Made by a program: the position numbers and the translations under genes. Below, one piece after another: positions 24,397 through 29,528 of a stretch of DNA of 29,528 bases. The stretch comes from a virus (Duplodnaviria > Caudoviricetes), in the IMG/VR virus record IMGVR_UViG_3300021082_000080, positions 1-29,528 of that record. The stretch is one strand, 5' to 3'. Within the stretch, counting starts at the first letter, position 1, and each line of letters begins with the position of its first letter. The notes below the pieces were generated by a model. The model made no database searches. It was not told the DNA's origin and was given only the letters and a program-made list of their open reading frames with translations.

Positions 24397-24987
24397 ATGG
24401 CATGGCCACCACAGCGTCCAACGGATGCGCATATCAAAGCCCGCAAGGCAGAGATCGCCAAACGCTATGCGTGGCATGAGCAATACAGCAAACGACCGCG
24501 AACCATCGCGGCGCTGCGCCTAGCAGAACTCACTCGGCTCTATGACCACCGCTATAGCCGCATGTACCTGCCGGAATCCGACCATACCCTCATGCTCGTG
24601 CGCATCATGGCACACCACATGGGATCGCTGCCCAATGCCGATCGCCGCATCCAAGCCTACGTGCTCACATGCGCCTCGTGGCTGTCCCTGCCCGAAATGG
24701 AGCGCCTCATCCGCGAAGTGATGGAATGCCCACTGCGCTGGCGCGCCGCCAAGCTAGGCTGGAAACTGAAACTGACAGACAATGAACGAACGGCCCTCAA
24801 AATCAAAACCATCGCCCCCTGCGACATGACCCCCGCACAACTCGCCGCCCGGCGTAAAGAACGACAACGCCAAGCCAGCGCCAGATACCGCGCCCGCAAG
24901 GCCAAGCCGCAAACCCCAAAACCATGGCTGGAACTCGGCATCAGCCGCGCAACCTACTATCGCCAAAAACAGCCCAAAATGACGTGA
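24397..24987 (+). CDS. Basic DNA-binding protein with C-terminal HTH (plasmid replicase C-terminus-like)
   Basis: ERTALKIKTI motif, Arg-rich helix, KPWLELGISRATYYR terminus. Confidence 0.65.
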   Translation: MAWPPQRPTDAHIKARKAEIAKRYAWHEQYSKRPRTIAALRLAELTRLYDHRYSRMYLPESDHTLMLVRIMAHHMGSLPNADRRIQAYVLTCASWLSLPEMERLIREVMECPLRWRAAKLGWKLKLTDNERTALKIKTIAPCDMTPAQLAARRKERQRQASARYRARKAKPQTPKPWLELGISRATYYRQKQPKMT

Positions 24988-25049
24988 GACAAAAACCGTC
25001 AACAGCATATCTCTCTATATACTATGCTGATGACGGAATCTGTCTCACG
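24983..25049. repeat. 67-bp imperfect palindrome
   Basis: CGTGAGACA..CCGTCA.CAGCATA-loop-TATGCTG.TGACGG..TGTCTCACG. Confidence 0.85.
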
Positions 25050-25090
25050 GTACGTTGCTCCCTGGCCCCAGCTAACGCTAGGTCTCAGAC

Positions 25091-25597
25091 ATGCACGCTA
25101 ACATCGGTAGGCCATCCCGATACTCAGACGATATCGCCGTTGCAATCTGCACCGAAATAGCTGCAGGCCTCTCGCTCCGCGATGTAGCCAAAATGCCCGA
25201 CATGCCGCCTGAACGCACGCTGTATGCGTGGTTGGTTGCGCACGAGCCGTTCCAGCAGATGTACGCGCGGGCCCGAGAACAGCGCGTAGAGCGTTGGTCC
25301 GATGAGATAATTGAGCTCGCCGACGAACCGGTAGCACCGAACGACAACGCCGCAGTTCAGCGCGCCAGGCTCCGGGTCGATACACGCAAGTGGCTCATGT
25401 CAAAGCTTGCACCACGCAAGTATGGGGACAAGATCGAGCACGTGGTCCGCAGTGGCGCTCCTGAGACGCTGTCCGATGAGGAACTGGCACGGATCGCAGC
25501 ATCTGCCAGCCCTGCACTGCTGACACTGTCAGCTAACCCTGATTCAGACAGCGATACTGGCTCAGTACAGAACAATCCTGAGAAATCAGATACTTAG
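25091..25597 (+). CDS. terS: Terminase small subunit
   Basis: GRPSRYS...IC..IA.G.SLR...MP...T...W...F..MYARARE...RLRVDTRKWLMSKLAPRKYGDK. Confidence 0.9.
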   Translation: MHANIGRPSRYSDDIAVAICTEIAAGLSLRDVAKMPDMPPERTLYAWLVAHEPFQQMYARAREQRVERWSDEIIELADEPVAPNDNAAVQRARLRVDTRKWLMSKLAPRKYGDKIEHVVRSGAPETLSDEELARIAASASPALLTLSANPDSDSDTGSVQNNPEKSDT

Positions 25598-26057
25598 CAA
25601 CGGCCGTACCACCCTATCTACCCAGGAAGTGACCCGGGGGGATGTCCGGAAAGAGCCGGGGGGCCAGAGTGTCTTGTAGGTGTACCTCCACTGCCTCTCG
25701 TCCTGGTCTTTCCACCTGAGACACGCCTCCCGGTGTTGCGGTTCTTTCACATCTGCACCTTCGCATTCGACGGACGGACGGCCGCTTACGGATAGCTCGA
25801 GCCTGGGGGCGAGAGCGGTTCGGTCTCCGCCTAGCGGTTATCGTGACCGGTGTTCTTGCGGGCTGTGGTGATACCTGTTGCTAGTGTGCTGGGTGGTTCG
25901 ACGTGGAAACGGTTACCACGTTGCGCGCAGTCCTGAGGCGGGCGGCCCGGGCTTTGTTCAGCTTGTTCTAGGGCTGTGGTTTGCGCTCGTTGCCCGTTGT
26001 TGCTGCGAGTTGCGGCCGGTGTATTGTGCGGGGGTGTTGATGCACTGGGTGGGTGTG

Positions 26058-26267
26058 ATGGCTGAGGATGGTGATGACGAGGTTGCGGACGGTCAGTGTT
26101 GTGTGACCTGCCGGTTTCGGTTTCGGATTGGTCGTGCGGGTGAGGAGGTGCACAACGAGTGTCGGCGTTATGCGCCGCGTGCTGCTGCGGTTGACGGTCG
26201 GGAGTGGCGATGGCCGGTTGTTTTGGCGGACGACTGGTGTGGCGAGTGGGGTGGACTGGATGAGTGA
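26058..26267 (+). CDS. Small four-Cys phage protein, 69 aa
   Basis: CVTCRF...ECRRYAP...WPVV..DDWCGEW; overlaps TerL start. Confidence 0.7.
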   Translation: MAEDGDDEVADGQCCVTCRFRFRIGRAGEEVHNECRRYAPRAAAVDGREWRWPVVLADDWCGEWGGLDE

Positions 26268-27756
26268 GGTTGTGACCGAGCAATGCAGTCCGCCGCGGGC
26301 CGCGGTTGAGATCCAGAAGCGGCGTGCGGTGCGGCGCGGGTTCGAGGCTTGGTGCCGCTATCGCGGTTATGAGCCGGCGCAGCATCATCAACTCATTATA
26401 AGGAGTGTCGAGGAGTTTCTGGCGGCGACGGGCGAGGGCAGCGATCAGGTGCTGCTGATTTTTGCGCCGCCCGGCTCGGCCAAAAGCTCATTCATGTCAG
26501 TGCTGTTACCACCGTGGTATTTGGCCAATCATCGCAAGGCGGGCATTCTGTTTGCGACCCACAGTGTCGAGTTCGCCGAGCGGTGGGGGCGAAGGGTAAG
26601 GAATGACATCGCGGCCGAGAGTTTGATGCTGGGGATCGAGCTCAGCGACGACAACAAGGCGGCGGGGCGCTGGAGTTTGAAGAGTGGCGGCGAGTATTAC
26701 GCGGTCGGCGCGGGCACGGGCATCTCGGGTTATAGGGCAGACTTAGGTATCATCGACGATCCATTCGGATCGAGGGAGGACGCCTACTCGGAGACGGTGC
26801 GCAAGGGGCGGTGGAACTGGTACCTGGACGATTTCTCGGCGCGGCTGAAGCCGGATGCCAAGCGCATCATCATCGCCACACGTTGGCATGAGGACGACAT
26901 CTCGGGCATGGTTCTGCAGCAGATCGGGCGCGGCGAGGTGCGCGGCCGGGTGATCTCGATCGCGGCCGTTGCGGAGGAGAACGACGTCCTGGGCCGCGCG
27001 GTGGGCGAGTATCTGTGGGACGATCCCAAGGGTTACAATTACGGCGAGTTCCTGCGCAGCCGCCAGCGCGAGACCTCGCCGATGATGTGGTCGGCTTTGT
27101 ATCAGCAGCGGCCGGCGCCGGAAGAGGGCGACTATTTCAAGAGCGAGTGGCTGGTCGAGGTCGAGGAGAGTGAGATTCCGGAGCGGGCGCGGCTGACGGT
27201 TTATGGCGCGAGCGACTACGCGGTGACGGCGGACGGCGGCGACTACACGGTGCATGGCGTGGTCGGGCTCGATCCGGAGGGGCGGATGTATCTGCTGGAC
27301 GTGTGGCGCAAGCAGACCTCGACGGACGAGTGGGTGGAGGCGTTCTGCGACCTGGTGGGCAAGTGGAAGCCGATGGCGTGGGCCGAGGAGCAGGGGCAGA
27401 TCAGGGCCGGCGTGGGGCCGTTTCTGGATCGGCGGCAGCGCGAGCGCACAGCCTATGTGGCACGCGAGGGCTTTCCGACGAGAGGCGACAAGTCGGTGCG
27501 GGCGCAGTCGATCAGGGGCCGGATGGCGCTCGACAAACTGTATGTGCCGCGCAATGCGAAGTGGTGGCCGGCGCTGCGGTCGGAGTTGCTGACGTTTCCG
27601 GCCGGCCGGCACGACGATCAGGTCGACATGCTGGGGCTGATCGGGCAACTGCTCGACGTGATGGTGGCGGGGCGGGCGGCCAAGGAGCAGAAGAACGTGG
27701 TCAATATCGGCTACCGGCGGCTCGAGCGCCAGGTCGAGGGCTTCAAGACCTACTGA
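26260..27756 (+). CDS. terL: Terminase large subunit
   Basis: Walker A APPGSAKS, Walker B GIIDDP, TRWHEDD, ALYQQRP, nuclease ASD..., FPAGRHDDQVD. Confidence 0.95.
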   Translation: MSEVVTEQCSPPRAAVEIQKRRAVRRGFEAWCRYRGYEPAQHHQLIIRSVEEFLAATGEGSDQVLLIFAPPGSAKSSFMSVLLPPWYLANHRKAGILFATHSVEFAERWGRRVRNDIAAESLMLGIELSDDNKAAGRWSLKSGGEYYAVGAGTGISGYRADLGIIDDPFGSREDAYSETVRKGRWNWYLDDFSARLKPDAKRIIIATRWHEDDISGMVLQQIGRGEVRGRVISIAAVAEENDVLGRAVGEYLWDDPKGYNYGEFLRSRQRETSPMMWSALYQQRPAPEEGDYFKSEWLVEVEESEIPERARLTVYGASDYAVTADGGDYTVHGVVGLDPEGRMYLLDVWRKQTSTDEWVEAFCDLVGKWKPMAWAEEQGQIRAGVGPFLDRRQRERTAYVAREGFPTRGDKSVRAQSIRGRMALDKLYVPRNAKWWPALRSELLTFPAGRHDDQVDMLGLIGQLLDVMVAGRAAKEQKNVVNIGYRRLERQVEGFKTY

Positions 27757-28006
27757 GCCGGTCGATGATGGCGGTGACGCTGTTCAGGCCCGTATGCGGG
27801 CGGGTGGCCCTGAAGATCAGCTTGTGGGCCTCGTGATCGGCGTCCCATATCATCCGCCATTCGGTTTCGTGGTAGACATCGCGCAGCACGCGGTCGTTGA
27901 GGATGTCATGCAGCGCCTCCGTGTCGGCATTCCATTGCGCCTCTAACTGCTTTTCGATCTTGGCCAGGATCTTCTTGTTGCGCCGCTTGCGTCGGCCCGG
28001 GGTCAT
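27743..28006 (-). CDS. Hypothetical protein, 87 aa (moron-like)
   Basis: CTGATAGGAG leader and upstream TATAAT; convergent with terL. Confidence 0.6.
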   Translation of the reverse strand: MTPGRRKRRNKKILAKIEKQLEAQWNADTEALHDILNDRVLRDVYHETEWRMIWDADHEAHKLIFRATRPHTGLNSVTAIIDRLSRS

Positions 28007-28035
28007 CGGCCGTCTCCTATCAGGGGGTGACGGAC

Positions 28036-28255
28036 AGACATTATATATAGTGTGTCAGGTGGTGTGGGGTGGCCCCGTTTAAGCGGAACCACCCCTCGCG
28101 AAGGTCAGAGAGGCAGGATGTCACAAGGACACCCGGAAGCTCCTGACGTAACGGTGTCTGCATCGCTATTGGCTCCTAGGATGCCTCAGCAGCCTGTACG
28201 TTACACCCGCGCGACGGCCACACGCTTTAGGCCGCAAGCGAGACATTATATATAG
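28036..28255. repeat. 15-bp AT-rich direct repeat
   Basis: AGACATTATATATAG at 28036-28050 and 28241-28255. Confidence 0.85.
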
Positions 28256-28427
28256 GTGTGTGTGGAGTGAAGCATCCCGCGGCCGGTCCCGCCGCTCGCC
28301 CTGCGCTGCAGGTTTGCGGGCGTGACCGGAGGGGAATGACCCCGTACCGCGAGACCGGACTAAGCTAGGGTCGCAAGGTCTCACGCGCAAGCGCATAATG
28401 AGCCAGCGCGCGCAGGAGGGGAACACC

Positions 28428-28994
28428 ATGATAACCCGCACTTCGGTTGCAGACGAAATTGACGTGCTCGACGCTGAAATTGCCGAACTTCAAGCCAAAA
28501 AGGCTAAAATATATCGCAAGTGGCGAACCCACCTTCAGATTGCGGGGGTGGCCGACGTTCCGGCAGAAATTGCCGCCCTAAAAGACGAACTAAAGCGGAG
28601 ACATCCTGAACCGAGCAGTCATGAGAGGCCGCCAGCGAACAGTTTTCAAAAACCGCGCCTCGCTCCACTTGCCGAAACAAAGGCTGCATATCGTAGTGGC
28701 CATCCGATCAGCGGGGACCAGAGATATCAGAACGCCTCGGTGTATTTTGCGCAGTGCCGATCGCTGGAACTGTTGAAAATAGGCATTTCGAACGATGTTG
28801 AGGCCCGCCTTTCGGATCTTCAAGAAAGCACCGGGTTGCCGCTAACGCTTCTGCGTACCCTGCCGGGCACGCGGCAAGAAGAGTTGCGGGCGTTGGAAGC
28901 CTTCCGCGCCTGGCACCTGCGGGGCGAGTGGTACGACCTGACGCCTGAATGCCGAGCCTTTGTTGACCGCTATATTGCGGAGCAGGCGGCATAA
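28428..28994 (+). CDS. GIY-YIG (T5orf172-like) domain protein with N-terminal coiled coil
   Basis: VYFAQ...LLKIGISNDVEARLSDLQ...E...F..WHLRGEWY; AGGAGGGG RBS. Confidence 0.85.
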   Translation: MITRTSVADEIDVLDAEIAELQAKKAKIYRKWRTHLQIAGVADVPAEIAALKDELKRRHPEPSSHERPPANSFQKPRLAPLAETKAAYRSGHPISGDQRYQNASVYFAQCRSLELLKIGISNDVEARLSDLQESTGLPLTLLRTLPGTRQEELRALEAFRAWHLRGEWYDLTPECRAFVDRYIAEQAA

Positions 28995-29219
28995 ATCGCG
29001 CCAACTTTCTGATGCATATCTAGTGCCTCTGTGCACCACTTCCTGGCGAAGGGGCTTTAAGCAGCGGCCCCAAACCCTAAAACCCCTTCGCCGCCACAGT
29101 GCGTTGCTCGCGGGGTCCCCGCGGCCGACTTTGCCCCCGTTTACTACTCGTACCTGCCTAACCTGGGGCGCCGGTCGCGATGCCCTCCTGGCCGGCGTCC
29201 CTCTTCTGGAGCATTCCCC

Positions 29220-29528
29220 ATGACTGAGCCCAAGGCCGGCACCGGCCAAGACAAGGACAAGGAGCAGGCCGAACGCGCGAAGGAAACGGCCGGCAAGACC
29301 GCCGGCACCAAGACCACGCCGGAACCCAAGGCAGCGGAAACACCGGACGAAATCGTCACCCGCATCGAGGCCAATGTCGCCCGCATGCACGCGGCCAGCC
29401 CCTCCGGGACCGAAAGCATCCAGGCCGAGATCACCAAGGATCTGGAATCCTTGCGCGCCACCGCGCCGCCCGACCCGCCCGCCCGCGCTGCCAGCAAGAG
29501 TGGCTATCACCCAGTCGACGAAGACGAG
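29220..29528 (+). CDS. Low-complexity hypothetical protein, 3'-truncated (MTEPKAGTGQDKDKEQ...)
   Basis: GGAG RBS; frame open to window end. Confidence 0.6.
   Translation, partial: MTEPKAGTGQDKDKEQAERAKETAGKTAGTKTTPEPKAAETPDEIVTRIEANVARMHAASPSGTESIQAEITKDLESLRATAPPDPPARAASKSGYHPVDEDE

Noticed and set aside
26743-27648. 301-aa minus-strand ORF, and similar long shadows at 1981..2643, 2685..3452, 21230..21802, 23422..24057 and 28842..29510
   Set aside because: Antisense to well-supported genes in high-GC DNA; no recognisable motifs or RBS
28279-28334. GCCGGTCCC...CCGGAGGGG resembling a twister ribozyme
   Set aside because: Conserved UAA cleavage-site and AAGC elements are missing

Overview
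The whole window is the genome of a temperate, GC-rich tailed phage. A GcrA homologue, a VPGP-type C-terminal sorting signal and a sigma-EcfG-type promoter point to an alphaproteobacterial (Rhizobiales-like) host. Ejection-protein-like genes and a P22-like head-binding domain suggest a podovirus. Gene order: internal virion proteins (1-2.8 kb); tail fibre, adaptor and two receptor-binding proteins (3.0-7.6 kb); lysis cassette with an HNH-AP2 endonuclease (7.6-10.3 kb); leftward accessory region with micro-ORFs, a tRNA-like structured element and a PEP-CTERM-like exported protein (10.3-12.4 kb); putative attP, tyrosine integrase, Xis, RecT and YqaJ exonuclease (12.4-17.1 kb); lambda-like cI/cro switch with four 17-bp operators; early rightward operon (GcrA, HNH, VRR-NUC, initiator with iterons, SF4 helicase); a leftward array of small genes each preceded by a recurring hairpin plus CTGATAGG leader; a Rep/HTH-like gene with a 67-bp palindrome; TerS, TerL and a GIY-YIG gene. 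Phage genes flank both sides of the integrase-downstream gap, so the sequence looks like the excised (attP) form. All product calls come from motif recognition by eye; no searches were run.
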